A stretch of 64,000 nt of DNA from an uncultured virus (IMG/VR IMGVR_UViG_3300029305_005184) (Duplodnaviria; Heunggongvirae; Uroviricota; Caudoviricetes), in the IMG/VR virus record IMGVR_UViG_3300029305_005184. The stretch is one strand, 5' to 3'. The position numbers and the translations under genes are program-made. Each line of letters starts with the position of its first letter. Positions within the stretch are counted from its first letter, which is position 1. Under the pieces are notes generated by a model. That model was not told where the DNA came from. It did no database searches and saw nothing but the letters and a program-made list of their open reading frames with translations. Shown in pieces: positions 9,832 through 20,156 of this stretch.

Positions 9832-10441
9832 TTTCATGCCACCTCTCCGGCACGTCGCATGGTTCAAATTCAATAACCCACACCCACGGATTGGCTTCCC
9901 AACCGTAGATATCGCGATGCTTTTTATCAATGGTCGAATCCCAAAGCGCGGAATACTGCTTTTTGATCAATTCGGGTCCGACGATGCTGATGTGATTCAC
10001 ACCTTCTGCTTCGCAATCCTTAGGAGTTATTGCCTGAATTCGTTCCATTCGCACACTTTTGATCTTCAAAAAGACACGCGCTGCCTGTTTCGGCATGTGG
10101 ATTGAAGGCTTCCACTTATCGACGTATGAGTTCGGGTAGCTGTAGCCGTAGGGATTATATGCCTTGTAGGCATATCCGCCGGACCACTCAGCCCATGTTT
10201 CACGCGCCCAGATAATATCGCCGACCTTATAAGGAATCTGCTTGGAGAGCGGAAAACCTTCGTCGATAAGTACTTGCTCTTGATGCAGCGGCCAGACAAA
10301 CGACCATTTCGGGCAGTATCTCCACATGCTTTTTTTCTCAAGAATAGTGGGTTGTGGTTTTACGATACGCCGGGTGATGGTTTTGTGTCCGTTCAGGATC
10401 GCTTGCATCATCTGGGTATTAAATAGCATCGGTATGTACAT
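9824..10441 (-). CDS. ASCH/PUA-like phage protein
   Basis: PMLFNTQMMQAILNGHKTITRR, GDIIWARETW, WKPSIHMP, WEANPWVWVIEF. Confidence 0.75.
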   Translation of the reverse strand: MYIPMLFNTQMMQAILNGHKTITRRIVKPQPTILEKKSMWRYCPKWSFVWPLHQEQVLIDEGFPLSKQIPYKVGDIIWARETWAEWSGGYAYKAYNPYGYSYPNSYVDKWKPSIHMPKQAARVFLKIKSVRMERIQAITPKDCEAEGVNHISIVGPELIKKQYSALWDSTIDKKHRDIYGWEANPWVWVIEFEPCDVPERWHENA

Positions 10442-11132
10442 TCAGACTCCCTTCTGCATCAAAGATGCTTACTTGCTGTTGTTCGGCTATAAGACGGGAT
10501 AACGCCCGCTCATAGCAACCTTTGTCCATCTCAAAACCAATCGCTTCAAAACCGAGTCGGTGACATGCGATCAGGCTGCTTGCACTCCCAACATGCGTAT
10601 CGAGTATTCTCCAGCCCGATTGAGCGAAGGTATTGAGCAGCCATACATATAGTGCAATGGGCTTTTGCGTGGGGTGGATACGCTTTTCGTTGAGCTGTTT
10701 ATTGCCTTGCGCTACACGCCCTTCCGAGATGCTTTTTCCTTGCATCATGCCATTCCACATGTACGGAAATAAGCGAACTGACTTAATAAGATCGGTGGCG
10801 GCTATCTCTGCGTCACTAAATGAACTGGCGCCATTGCATTTATCCCACACAATCCTTCCGGGTGAGAAATCCCAGTGAAAATAATTGCAACCCCACACGA
10901 TGTAATGCTTGCTGACCCTTTCCAATTCAACAAAATAGGCTTTGTCTGGAACGGACCATGTGTCGCTTTTTTCATATACGCGATGCACTCCGATAGAGCT
11001 GTGTTTCTTGCCGTAATACTGGCGGCGTTCAGGGCCACTGAAATACGGCGGATCTACGATTGCAAGATCGAAGTGCTTGTCCGGGTATCGAGCCATGCCG
11101 ATCATGCAATCTTCGTTTGTGAAGTTGATCAT
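10419..11132 (-). CDS. DNA N6-adenine/N4-cytosine methyltransferase (beta class)
   Basis: DPPY, HPTQKP, LDTHVGSASS. Confidence 0.9.
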   Translation of the reverse strand: MINFTNEDCMIGMARYPDKHFDLAIVDPPYFSGPERRQYYGKKHSSIGVHRVYEKSDTWSVPDKAYFVELERVSKHYIVWGCNYFHWDFSPGRIVWDKCNGASSFSDAEIAATDLIKSVRLFPYMWNGMMQGKSISEGRVAQGNKQLNEKRIHPTQKPIALYVWLLNTFAQSGWRILDTHVGSASSLIACHRLGFEAIGFEMDKGCYERALSRLIAEQQQVSIFDAEGSLNVHTDAI

Positions 11133-11147
11133 TTTATCCTCGTAATT

Positions 11148-11519
11148 TTACTTGCGCCCATTTGCAAAGTATTCGTTCTGAATGGCTGCAAAATCATCGT
11201 CGCCATAGACGAGCTCAGGTAAAATATGGGCACTGTTTCCCTTTGGGCAGTTCATCCCTTTTGTAACGCCGAACAAGCGACAGATCAACGGCCTGACAGG
11301 GTAGATCGAACATTTTCTTGCATCGTTATCCCGAAAGATGCATTCGAGCGGCGAGTGAGATTGCTCAATCACGTTTCTGGGGTATTCGTTGGCATCAAGA
11401 TAATTCTGTATCTTTTTGATCTCATCTTTGGAAAGCGGTACCGGGCCGCAACATTCGCCGCAATTCTCACAGGTGGTATGCTCCGGGATATTGAGCAGCA
11501 TGTTTTTCAGGTGAGGCAT
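11148..11519 (-). CDS. YkgJ family cysteine-cluster protein
   Basis: CENCGECC, CIF, CSIYPVRPLICRLFG. Confidence 0.88.
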   Translation of the reverse strand: MPHLKNMLLNIPEHTTCENCGECCGPVPLSKDEIKKIQNYLDANEYPRNVIEQSHSPLECIFRDNDARKCSIYPVRPLICRLFGVTKGMNCPKGNSAHILPELVYGDDDFAAIQNEYFANGRK

Positions 11520-11528
11520 ATCGCTACC

Positions 11529-12074
11529 TCATTTCTTCCATGAGTCAGGAATTTTATCGAGAAACATCCGGCTGCCGGTAGCCTCAATCTGATCGTTGTA
11601 TTTCCCACAATACGGACATTCGACAGGAGAAGAATCAAAGAATACCAACTGCGCCACGGGATATCCGGGGATCAACTCGATGTGGCACCCGGATTCGTTT
11701 ACAAGCTCCAGCGTAATATGACCGTGAAAACCAGGATCAACGAACCCGGCGTTCTGCACCGTGAGTCCGATCCTGCCGATGGATGATCTGCCTTGCACGA
11801 ACGCCGCTGCATCTGTCGGAATTTCGATATATTCCTTCGTGGTGGCGAGTACAAATTCGCCTGGCTCGATAACAACTGTTCTGCCGGCGATTACTTCGTG
11901 CCGTTTATACTGCATTTCATCACCGAGCCTAATCAGACGATTGGGAATCGGAGTGAGAAAAGTGTTTCCAAGTCGCAGATTCACGCTTGCAGGATTGATC
12001 TGTCGGACATCTGCATTCTGAATTTTGCCAGTTTCAAATATGCGTTCCTTTATCTTCTGATCTCCCCAAACCAT
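11529..12074 (-). CDS. dcd: dCTP deaminase
   Basis: INPASVNLRLG, GRSSIGRIGL, AGFVDPGFHGHITLEL, GKYNDQ. Confidence 0.92.
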   Translation of the reverse strand: MVWGDQKIKERIFETGKIQNADVRQINPASVNLRLGNTFLTPIPNRLIRLGDEMQYKRHEVIAGRTVVIEPGEFVLATTKEYIEIPTDAAAFVQGRSSIGRIGLTVQNAGFVDPGFHGHITLELVNESGCHIELIPGYPVAQLVFFDSSPVECPYCGKYNDQIEATGSRMFLDKIPDSWKK

Positions 12075-12512
12075 TTAAGATTCCTCCTTGTTATCCGCAT
12101 TCGAAATGTGAATTGTATCGCTGTGATATACCACGTTCAAAATTCTACGTTCATACGCTGTATTGGTTTCACCGGGCGTGCGCTGAACGCCATACATCGG
12201 ACCTATTTTGTTGAGTGTAAGGCCGTGCAGAGCCTTTTTCATTGTCTGATACTTCTGCTTGTTTCTCGAACGAAGCACCAAGCCTGTGAAGACGCCGGAA
12301 ACGATATAGAAAATCATGACCACAATCAACGTGGCAAGATACGCAGGTACAATACACCATACAAAACCCAGCGCAACAATCCACCAATTCCACATGATGA
12401 TCCCGGCATACCTGAGCACGAACAGAACACTCCACATCAACAAGGACAAAGCAATGATAAAAAATCCAATCTCCTTGCCCAGATTCTTTTTCTTAAAGTC
12501 GCGTTTCTCCAT
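12075..12512 (-). CDS. membrane protein
   Basis: Two long hydrophobic segments. Confidence 0.65.
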   Translation of the reverse strand: MEKRDFKKKNLGKEIGFFIIALSLLMWSVLFVLRYAGIIMWNWWIVALGFVWCIVPAYLATLIVVMIFYIVSGVFTGLVLRSRNKQKYQTMKKALHGLTLNKIGPMYGVQRTPGETNTAYERRILNVVYHSDTIHISNADNKEES

Positions 12513-12719
12513 ATACTACCTCACGAGCTTTCTTCCGCAATTACCGCAGAAATTGATATTGTCGGCCGGATTTGCTTTGAGGTCAGCACAACAATCGCAG
12601 CCCTTTTCACGATCCCGTTTTTCCTTCAGCGCTTCATATACCAGATCGCAGTATGGCTTGCTGTTGTCGCCATCATAATGAATCAATGCCAGTTCATACT
12701 TGTTCACACGGAACACCTC

Positions 12720-13625
12720 TCATTCTTCGCCGAGCAGGATGCGCTCGATCTCATCATAATCATTTTCGGCTTTCTCGATTCTCCACGACGGGCCGGTAAA
12801 TTCGACAGGATGACACATCTCCAGAATACGCTCATAGATCCTGCGTTTGTCTCTATCTTCTTCTTCTCTCAGTTCATCCAACGTCAGATTGCTTGTAGCT
12901 ATAAGAGGGCGCATAGCACCGTACCGCGAGTCTATTACTTCATACACCTGTTCAAGCATGTACGGGGTGTCGCGCTCCGCACCGACGTCTTCCAACACCA
13001 ACAAACGAGCCGACTTCATGCCGCGAATCATTTGAAAAAAAGAATCAGAACCTTTGCTAAAAGGGTTGCTGGCGGATGTTAGGCGGCGTATTGATGTAAC
13101 CAGTACGGGAACGCGTTTTTTCATAAGAGCATTAGCAATGCAGGATGCTGTAAAGGTCTTGCCGGTGCTAGACGGTCCAAATAACAGCAAACCTTTGTTT
13201 TTCTTGAACATCATATCGAAATGCTCTACATAATTTTTTGCGCGGCGAATCTGTGAAGCGTTGTGTTCATTGACGATAAAATTCTCAAACGTACTGACCT
13301 TAAAACGATCATCTGTTAGGCTGAACTGGAAAAGGCTATCTACGGCATTTTGCTCGTCTCGCAAACGCTTTTCTTCATCCCTCTTGCGCCACATCTCATT
13401 CATACACTTGCAGGAGCGTGGAACAAGGCGCTTTCCCAGATACGGGACATCACGCAGGACTTCGCGCGCTTCGCCGCACACTTTGCAGTAAAGCACCCCT
13501 TTTTCATCCCGATAATCTGTCGGTGTTTCAGGGATATCTGCACCCAACGCATTGCATAGTCTAGTTCCGAGAGCCTTGATTTTTTCAATCGTTGGTTCAT
13601 CGAAACCATTTTCCTTTCTGTTCAA
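12720..13625 (-). CDS. DnaC/IstB-like ATPase (helicase loader)
   Basis: CKVCG...CKC zinc motif, Walker A GPSSTGKT, LLVLEDVGAE, IDSRY, TSNL. Confidence 0.9.
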   Translation of the reverse strand: MNRKENGFDEPTIEKIKALGTRLCNALGADIPETPTDYRDEKGVLYCKVCGEAREVLRDVPYLGKRLVPRSCKCMNEMWRKRDEEKRLRDEQNAVDSLFQFSLTDDRFKVSTFENFIVNEHNASQIRRAKNYVEHFDMMFKKNKGLLLFGPSSTGKTFTASCIANALMKKRVPVLVTSIRRLTSASNPFSKGSDSFFQMIRGMKSARLLVLEDVGAERDTPYMLEQVYEVIDSRYGAMRPLIATSNLTLDELREEEDRDKRRIYERILEMCHPVEFTGPSWRIEKAENDYDEIERILLGEE

Positions 13626-14542
13626 TTCTTTTTCCTCCTAAACGGATTCTCACCCGGCTTAATCTCAGGTTCACGATCATTTCTCCCGGACGGCTTTTCT
13701 CCTCGCTGCTTTCGTTTATGGGCTTCATTCAGGCGTTTAACATCTTCGAGGCTGCGTACGTTGTTAACGACCCATTCATTCAAGATTGTTTGCACATAAC
13801 TCCAACCACGAATGCCACGCCCCGTAGCCTTATCAACAGCTGCGCGAACAAGCTCGTCTGTCATGCCATCCTCCATGAGAGAATGTAAGGCTTGCCAGTT
13901 TCCTGGGCTCATTTGAAACAGATTCTGCATCAAATACTCATGTAAAGGCACGGAAGCGGCAGCGTTCAAATCGTCCATGTCAGGTACATTTACTTTACTT
14001 TCCTTTACTTTACTTTCCTTTACTTTACTTTGGGGGTTAATTCCACCGGAAACGGGGTTAATTCCACCGGAAACGGGGTTAATTCCACCGGAAACGGATT
14101 GAAAGGTAACTTTAATACGCATCGCCTTCGGGACATCGTTAGGATTGTTGATATCCAAAAGCCAATATTCCTCAAAAAAAGGTATGTCGTCGCGTTTTGC
14201 GGCGGCGCGGATATACCTGCGCTGGATACCAGGTGAGGTCAGCACGCCAAACTGATTAAAAACCCCTTCATCGAACAAGGAACGTTTAACCGACCCCTGC
14301 ACGACCTCCCTGACAAGCTCCGGCGTTATCCCATCTCCGAGTTCCTCGGCGATCAGGAGTGCATCATCCTTATCGAAGCTCGCATAATACCCATTTGTAC
14401 TGTATACTCGACAGAACGTAGAGAGAACGATCATAAGACCACGCGCCCCAAACTCCGCTTTCAACAGCTTTATCTTTTTATCTCCGAAGAAGTCCGTGTC
14501 CATCGGAAAATAGTCAACCCCGCTTTTTTGCGGGCGTGCCAT
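13622..14542 (-). CDS. Phage replication initiator (DUF4373/Lin1244-like N-terminus, DnaD-like C-terminus)
   Basis: MARPQKSGVDYFPMD, VLTSPGIQRRY, YVQTILNEW; internal iteron repeats; directly upstream of the loader. Confidence 0.85.
   Translation of the reverse strand: MARPQKSGVDYFPMDTDFFGDKKIKLLKAEFGARGLMIVLSTFCRVYSTNGYYASFDKDDALLIAEELGDGITPELVREVVQGSVKRSLFDEGVFNQFGVLTSPGIQRRYIRAAAKRDDIPFFEEYWLLDINNPNDVPKAMRIKVTFQSVSGGINPVSGGINPVSGGINPQSKVKESKVKESKVNVPDMDDLNAAASVPLHEYLMQNLFQMSPGNWQALHSLMEDGMTDELVRAAVDKATGRGIRGWSYVQTILNEWVVNNVRSLEDVKRLNEAHKRKQRGEKPSGRNDREPEIKPGENPFRRKKN
13989..14095. repeat. Iteron-like repeats, probable replication origin
   Basis: TTTACTTTACTTTCC x~3 (13989-14031), then GGGGTTAATTCCACCGGAAAC x3 perfect (14033-14095). 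Confidence 0.85.
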
Positions 14543-14564
14543 TTTAAGAAACACCCTCTTTCAT

Positions 14565-14600
14565 CGCCTCCTGCGCTTATACCTGCGGCGCAGGAGGCGT
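14565..14600 (-). terminator. GC-rich hairpin between sbcDC and the initiator gene
   Basis: CGCCTCCTGCGC...GCGCAGGAGGCG inverted repeat. Confidence 0.5.
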
Positions 14601-14608
14601 TTATTAGA

Positions 14609-17600
14609 TCAATTCAAAACAGCATGGCTGCCGGATTCATCCTTGCTTACATCGACGCTCTGCGGGAACCGGCTCTTCATGGCCTCGTCATGGGTGATAA
14701 TCATCACCTTAATGTCGCTGTAGCGCCGCTGGATGGTTTCCAGTGCGTCGCAATAGGCCTGCACTCCGGCGGCATCGAGGAACGGAGGCTCGTCGATAAA
14801 GCGGAATCCGATCTGGACACCGATGTCCGCACTCTTTACTTCGGCCAGAGCAAGGATCACCGAAAGGGCAACCTTCACACGTTCACCGCCCGATCTGGAA
14901 AGATACGGCAATCGCCCGGTTTCGCTGTCGTTGATAAGTACATCGAGCGTAACGACTTCCTTCTTCGAGTTGGATTTCATCACCTTTTCGGTGACAAGCT
15001 CCACAGACATCTTTCCGCCGGACATCTGACCGAGAATGTTTGACGCCGTTGCTTCGAGGACAGGAACCACAGAACGCACAATGGAATGAGGAATACCGTT
15101 GTTGCTGAACGCCTTTTTCAGCGTATCGCAGTATGTAGCAACCGTACTTGCTTCGGTAATACGCTTGCTCAGAGCAGCAATGCGGCCGGAAAGTTCGTTT
15201 GCACGATCAAGTGCAGCCTGAGCAAGCGCTCTGTCTGCCTGAGCCTTCTCAATCTCCTCGGCAATCCTTCGTTTGGTAAGCGAAAGGGATTCAAGGTGGG
15301 TGCGCCATTCATTTGCACGCAAGGCATCTTCCTTTGCTTTATGGAGCGCGATCTGCTTTTCACCGATGCGGGTATCAAGCAAATCAAGCTCACTCTGCAA
15401 TTCACGGATGCGGTTTTCATAGATGGGAGCGCTTGCTCTTGCGGCAAACAGCTTTTCTTCGAGAACTTTGTAACGCTCAAGTTCCTGCATACGGCCGACG
15501 GCGAGAGCGTGAGTTTCGCTTGCATCGATCAGCGGCTCCAGCTTGTCAATCACGTCCTGAAGCACCTTTTCAGTGATGTCAATATCATGCTGAAGCGATG
15601 CTTCATGATCAGCGATGCTGGTTCTGTCGGCCTCTAGGCGCTCGAGGTTGGCTTTGTATGCGGGAATATCATCCAGCTCCATACTTGCGCGCAGAAGTGT
15701 TTGCTGGCGTGACTTAAGCACATTAACGGCGGATGCTTCTACACAAGGAACGGAATCGCGTTCAATGATCTTTTTTTGCAGCTCGGATTTGAGTGCGGTA
15801 ATCGCTTCGGATTCGAGCGCATACAGTTCTTCATCCTGCCTGCGTGCCTCAGGAAGTGCGCTTGCGGCCTTTTTTGCGTCTGCAAGGAAATTACACGTAG
15901 CCGCGGCGCCCAGCGAACAACCGCTGTTCTCAAGCAACGAAGCACGCTGTTCAAGGTTCTTGATATTGGAAAGGCGCACACTGCGTTTCATAGCAGCATC
16001 GCGTTCTTCTGAGCGAACCTGAGACTCTAATTCGGCGCATGATCTGTCGAGTTCAGCGCGCATGCTGAACAGACGATCATTTTCTGCAAGCTGCGATTCT
16101 ACCGTCGCAAGCTCGGCTTTGAGTTCCAGCAATCTAGGTTCCGATTCGACCTTAGCGCGTGTCGTCTCAATCTGCAGATCGGCGGCGGCAAGTTGCTTTT
16201 GAATGATTCCATGAGTTGTCCTGAACGACTTCAGTGTATCATTCAGCGTATCTCTGCGCTGTTCCAGCTGTTTTGCTTTATTTACTTTTTCAAGGCTTGT
16301 GCTGCGCTGGGCATCGGCAGCTCTGTACGCCTTCATGCCGTCCACGATTTCTATCTCGCGGAAAAGAATATCCCTGATCTGATCGTAGTTTCGCTTCGCT
16401 TCAACAATCGCGTTCCGCTTTTTTTCATAATCGTCGCGCAGATCGACGAGTTCTCTGGAATGCTGATTCATGGTATTTTGCGCTGCTTCGGCATCGGAGA
16501 GACCTCTGCTTGCAATGCTGATATTCTGCTCGATATTTGCCGCTGCGGCGCGTGCAGAAATGATCGTGGACTCATAGGATGCGATTGCGGCTACAAGACC
16601 ATCCATATCTGGCATATCGCGCACGGCTGACTCTTTCTCGATTTGCAGACCTCGAATATGCCTGTTTTTATCAGCTGCTTTCTCAGCGGCCAACTCAGCC
16701 ATATCTTCATATATCTGCAAACCGAGTATATCGGACAGAATCTTCATTCGGGATTCCTTGTCAGCCTGAAGGAACAAGCCATACTGATCCTGCATGATCA
16801 ATGCGCAGGCGCGAAGCGTAAGACCATCCATGCCAACCACGCGCTCAATCTCAACCTGTGTATCACGCATCTTTTCCTTGCTTCGATCACGCCATTCACC
16901 ATCGACATATTCGGACAGATTGAGTGTTGCTTTGCCGGATTTCACACGAGTACGCACGACGCGCCACATGCGGTCTCCGACGCGAAAGGTAAAGCGGATT
17001 GCGCCGGACTTGACTTCGGGGTCATTACAGATCCAGCCTGTCAAATCGCCCTCACGGGGGCTCTCGTACAGCGCATCGTAGAGCGCATCGCAGAACAGAG
17101 AGGACTTGCCTGCGCCGTTCTGCCCATTGATGGTGCAGAATGAAACATCGTCAAAACGGAATGTTTCTTCGCGATAATTGCGATAGTTGGTTACACTGAT
17201 CTCTACCGGGACAAACGCGCCGTGTGCCTTTTCAATACGGCCTGCCTGAACCACGTCGGCGATGATTTCACGCGCAATAGGCATCATGGCCTCAATATCC
17301 GATTCGGGTGTTTCGATGGACAAAAGGTACTCGCGAAGGTTGGATTCCGGGTCGTAGTCGCTTTTCATGGCCTGCTTGTTGACCGTTACCGTGATCTTCT
17401 CAGGCGTGATTTCCTGAACCCAGAACGCGCCTTTGTTGTAGAGCAACTTTTCCAGTTGCGCACGGTTCAATGCTTTATTCGATTCATCCGAACAGCTGTA
17501 AAGCACGCGAACTACGGCCTTTTCGACATCAAAGAACGGCAGCACGCCGCTCGTGTTGAGATCGCGGATATTGTCATCGTCCAGGCGAATGGTCTTAAAC

Positions 17601-18439
17601 CGACGATACGGCAGCGTGTGAAACGAACTGTCAATCAGATGTCCGTCTTCAAGCGTATGTACGTAGAATCCGCGATCCTGATTTTCATCATTAAAATTCA
17701 TGGCGTTTACCGCACCGGCGTAGAAAGCGTTATTTCCGAGCTTCTGAGGCCGATGAATATGACCGAAGCAACACAGATCATAACCGGCGGTGCGGATTGC
17801 CTGTTCGTTTACAGTAGGCTCAAACTGGCTGAACATCATCGTTTGGCCGGATTCGGCATTACAGCCTTCAACGGTATAATGACCGACCAATATGGACGGA
17901 ACGCCGGAAGGACAAAGAGCCCTTAAACCCACAAGCATGGAATTGATGGATTCGGACAGCGCGATGTTTTCCTGCTCCTTGTCGATTCCGGGGTTCATGG
18001 ATCGCCAATAACCCTTATCAAAACCAGGCAGACCACAGATACAGACATTTCCCGCCTCTTTCAACTGCAATGCGATCATTTTGGGTTTGGTGAGAATATG
18101 AATCCTCTCGTTGTTGGAAAAATACTGCTGAAGCATTGAGAAATGTTCTGCGCCATCATGATTCGGAGTGCCTCGGATAATCACAACCGGCGCGATCTCC
18201 GAGAGCGCACGAATGCGCTCTGCGGCAGATTCAACCTCACGGATACCGCGCTCAGACCATGTTCTGCTGGCATGGAAAATGTCGCCGGAAATAATGGAAA
18301 GATCAATCTCCATATCCTTTGCGGCGGAGATCATGGCGTCGATGCAGCGCAGAGTATCGCATCCACGGGCATTTGCACCGTCTTCACTGGGGCCGGGAAA
18401 ATCGCCAATATGCCAATCGGCAGTATGCAGTATGCGCAT
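14609..18439 (-). CDS. SbcD-SbcC (Mre11-Rad50-like) fusion nuclease/ATPase
   Basis: LHTADWHIG, GDIFH, NHD, GHIH phosphoesterase motifs; Walker A GQNGAGKS; long coiled coil; SGGE signature; FIDEP Walker B; ITH. Confidence 0.9.
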   Translation of the reverse strand: MRILHTADWHIGDFPGPSEDGANARGCDTLRCIDAMISAAKDMEIDLSIISGDIFHASRTWSERGIREVESAAERIRALSEIAPVVIIRGTPNHDGAEHFSMLQQYFSNNERIHILTKPKMIALQLKEAGNVCICGLPGFDKGYWRSMNPGIDKEQENIALSESINSMLVGLRALCPSGVPSILVGHYTVEGCNAESGQTMMFSQFEPTVNEQAIRTAGYDLCCFGHIHRPQKLGNNAFYAGAVNAMNFNDENQDRGFYVHTLEDGHLIDSSFHTLPYRRFKTIRLDDDNIRDLNTSGVLPFFDVEKAVVRVLYSCSDESNKALNRAQLEKLLYNKGAFWVQEITPEKITVTVNKQAMKSDYDPESNLREYLLSIETPESDIEAMMPIAREIIADVVQAGRIEKAHGAFVPVEISVTNYRNYREETFRFDDVSFCTINGQNGAGKSSLFCDALYDALYESPREGDLTGWICNDPEVKSGAIRFTFRVGDRMWRVVRTRVKSGKATLNLSEYVDGEWRDRSKEKMRDTQVEIERVVGMDGLTLRACALIMQDQYGLFLQADKESRMKILSDILGLQIYEDMAELAAEKAADKNRHIRGLQIEKESAVRDMPDMDGLVAAIASYESTIISARAAAANIEQNISIASRGLSDAEAAQNTMNQHSRELVDLRDDYEKKRNAIVEAKRNYDQIRDILFREIEIVDGMKAYRAADAQRSTSLEKVNKAKQLEQRRDTLNDTLKSFRTTHGIIQKQLAAADLQIETTRAKVESEPRLLELKAELATVESQLAENDRLFSMRAELDRSCAELESQVRSEERDAAMKRSVRLSNIKNLEQRASLLENSGCSLGAAATCNFLADAKKAASALPEARRQDEELYALESEAITALKSELQKKIIERDSVPCVEASAVNVLKSRQQTLLRASMELDDIPAYKANLERLEADRTSIADHEASLQHDIDITEKVLQDVIDKLEPLIDASETHALAVGRMQELERYKVLEEKLFAARASAPIYENRIRELQSELDLLDTRIGEKQIALHKAKEDALRANEWRTHLESLSLTKRRIAEEIEKAQADRALAQAALDRANELSGRIAALSKRITEASTVATYCDTLKKAFSNNGIPHSIVRSVVPVLEATASNILGQMSGGKMSVELVTEKVMKSNSKKEVVTLDVLINDSETGRLPYLSRSGGERVKVALSVILALAEVKSADIGVQIGFRFIDEPPFLDAAGVQAYCDALETIQRRYSDIKVMIITHDEAMKSRFPQSVDVSKDESGSHAVLN

Positions 18440-19470
18440 TATCTCTGACCCCCCTTATTCGTTCTGGCAGCACGCTGGCAGGTGGGACACAACGGGCGGC
18501 CAAACGCCCTTACCGAAAAATCAACGATGTTTTCGGCCTTCCAGTTACCGTTATCAATGATCGCAGAATTGCAATCTGCGCAAATCACGATGTCCGGCGC
18601 GGAAACATCATTATTTCCGGGATAGATGTCGTTGTTTCCGGAAATATCCTCATAACCGGCTTCGGTAATCTCGCCGGGAATGGCATCGGGATAATCAGGG
18701 GAAGAATCATCGTCGTCGGACACCTGAATCTTGCGCGGCTGCACAGCTGCGTCCGGGCCGTATACTGCGCTGGCGTTTGCGAAGAAGCCGTCAATGGCGC
18801 GGGTACGGACTTCGGGATTGTCCAGATTGGGAACGAGATAGGCAACCACAAAAGGTTTTTTCAACTCGTCCAACGTATAGGTTGGCTTGATCAGCATTGC
18901 GGCGCGAAGCGCACGGTTAAGAGCCTTGCTTTCACAGTGTTCGGCGCGAAATTTCATGAACTGTTGCCGCTGATTTTCGCTCATTCCGGCAACCTCGTCA
19001 GCAACGATGATTTCGCGGCTGCACTCATAATACAAATCCTGCCCGGTGAGCTGCGGTGCGGAAATGACCACGGTATACTTTACATCCTTATTGGAACATG
19101 CGCCGCAGTTGACGGGTTTGCCGATGTCGCGATTGACCTGAGCGCATTTCTGGCAGGTGGACGGCAACACGGCTTTGGATGAAATGATCTTAATACCGGC
19201 GGCACGCATGAGTTTCAGAAGACCTTTGCGCGTCAAGGCGTACTGCGCAGGCTGTTCGGGGTAGAACTTGCCGTTGCTGCGGCTGGTGTACGCCGGCTTG
19301 CCCTCCTGCTGAAGATAAATTTCCTTGTCGTTGAGATTGGTGGAGATATGCACCACGTTCATTACGGGGCGCTGGATGTCAGCGATCTCAGCGACGGTCT
19401 GCACGGGAACGAGAATGTTGTACTTCTCAACGGGGTACTGCGCGGAAAGCTGCAAAGTGTTTTCGGACAT
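18439..19470 (-). CDS. putative recombination / single-strand annealing protein
   Basis: Position next to the nuclease; CESKALNRALR helix; C-terminal CxxC..CxxC zinc finger; family not certain. Confidence 0.45.
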   Translation of the reverse strand: MSENTLQLSAQYPVEKYNILVPVQTVAEIADIQRPVMNVVHISTNLNDKEIYLQQEGKPAYTSRSNGKFYPEQPAQYALTRKGLLKLMRAAGIKIISSKAVLPSTCQKCAQVNRDIGKPVNCGACSNKDVKYTVVISAPQLTGQDLYYECSREIIVADEVAGMSENQRQQFMKFRAEHCESKALNRALRAAMLIKPTYTLDELKKPFVVAYLVPNLDNPEVRTRAIDGFFANASAVYGPDAAVQPRKIQVSDDDDSSPDYPDAIPGEITEAGYEDISGNNDIYPGNNDVSAPDIVICADCNSAIIDNGNWKAENIVDFSVRAFGRPLCPTCQRAARTNKGGQR

Positions 19471-19472
19471 TT

Positions 19473-19856
19473 TTATCCCTCCATATTGCAAAGTGCGTCC
19501 GATTGTGATACAATATGGGCAGAGAGATAGAGCTCCATAACTCCTCTCACAGCGGCACGTGTGATTCCAAGCGCTAGTGCCGTTTTTTCTACCCATTTTT
19601 CAGTTCTGTTCGCCTTTTCTTCTTCGGCGAGGCGAATAAATTCATCGCGAATTTCCTGACGCTCCTGATAAAGAGCATCCAGGCGGTTTTGATTGATGAT
19701 CTCCGCGATCACTTGCGCACGATAATCATCATCAAAAGTCTTGCCGAACAAACGGCTTTGAAAATCCAGCTTCATGCTGGCGTAAGATTCAGCTTCGGAA
19801 TATTCTTCATCCGAGAACGGGCGGCCAAATCTTTTTTCAACCATGCTCCTGAGCAT
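19473..19856 (-). CDS. hypothetical phage protein
   Basis: ORF in operon. Confidence 0.6.
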   Translation of the reverse strand: MLRSMVEKRFGRPFSDEEYSEAESYASMKLDFQSRLFGKTFDDDYRAQVIAEIINQNRLDALYQERQEIRDEFIRLAEEEKANRTEKWVEKTALALGITRAAVRGVMELYLSAHIVSQSDALCNMEG

Positions 19857-20079
19857 TGTTTATAACCTCCAACAGATCAAATACGGAAATCTGTCCTTCA
19901 GATTGTGCGACGGTGTTCTGCTTTATAGTGGAACGCTTTTTTCTTTCCTTTGCGCCGCGCGGAATTGACTTTCCGAACAGCTTGCGGAAACACATCGGAC
20001 CATACCCGGCTGCCCGTGCTGTTGCGCTGGTCAGCCTTCGCTTGCAAGCAGCGCATCGAACAATCTGAGTACTCACCAT
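19837..20079 (-). CDS. DUF6011-like zinc-binding protein
   Basis: CAACKRRLT...GYGPMC; AGGAGG RBS. Confidence 0.7.
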   Translation of the reverse strand: MVSTQIVRCAACKRRLTSATARAAGYGPMCFRKLFGKSIPRGAKERKKRSTIKQNTVAQSEGQISVFDLLEVINNAQEHG

Positions 20080-20112
20080 TCAACCTCCTTTCTTAAAGAC
20101 CCGCACGGGGAT

Positions 20113-20141
20113 ATTATAGCCCCATATTGGGGCATTGTCAA
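20113..20141 (-). promoter_or_regulatory. sigmaA promoter with embedded operator (copy 2)
   Basis: Minus strand TTGACA-ATGCCCCAATATGGGGC-TATAAT. Confidence 0.88.
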
Positions 20142-20156
20142 TTCCGAAACCAAAGA

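Noticed and set aside
14033..14095. 21-bp repeats as a CRISPR array
   Set aside because: Repeats abut with no spacers and lie in frame within a gene; no cas genes seen
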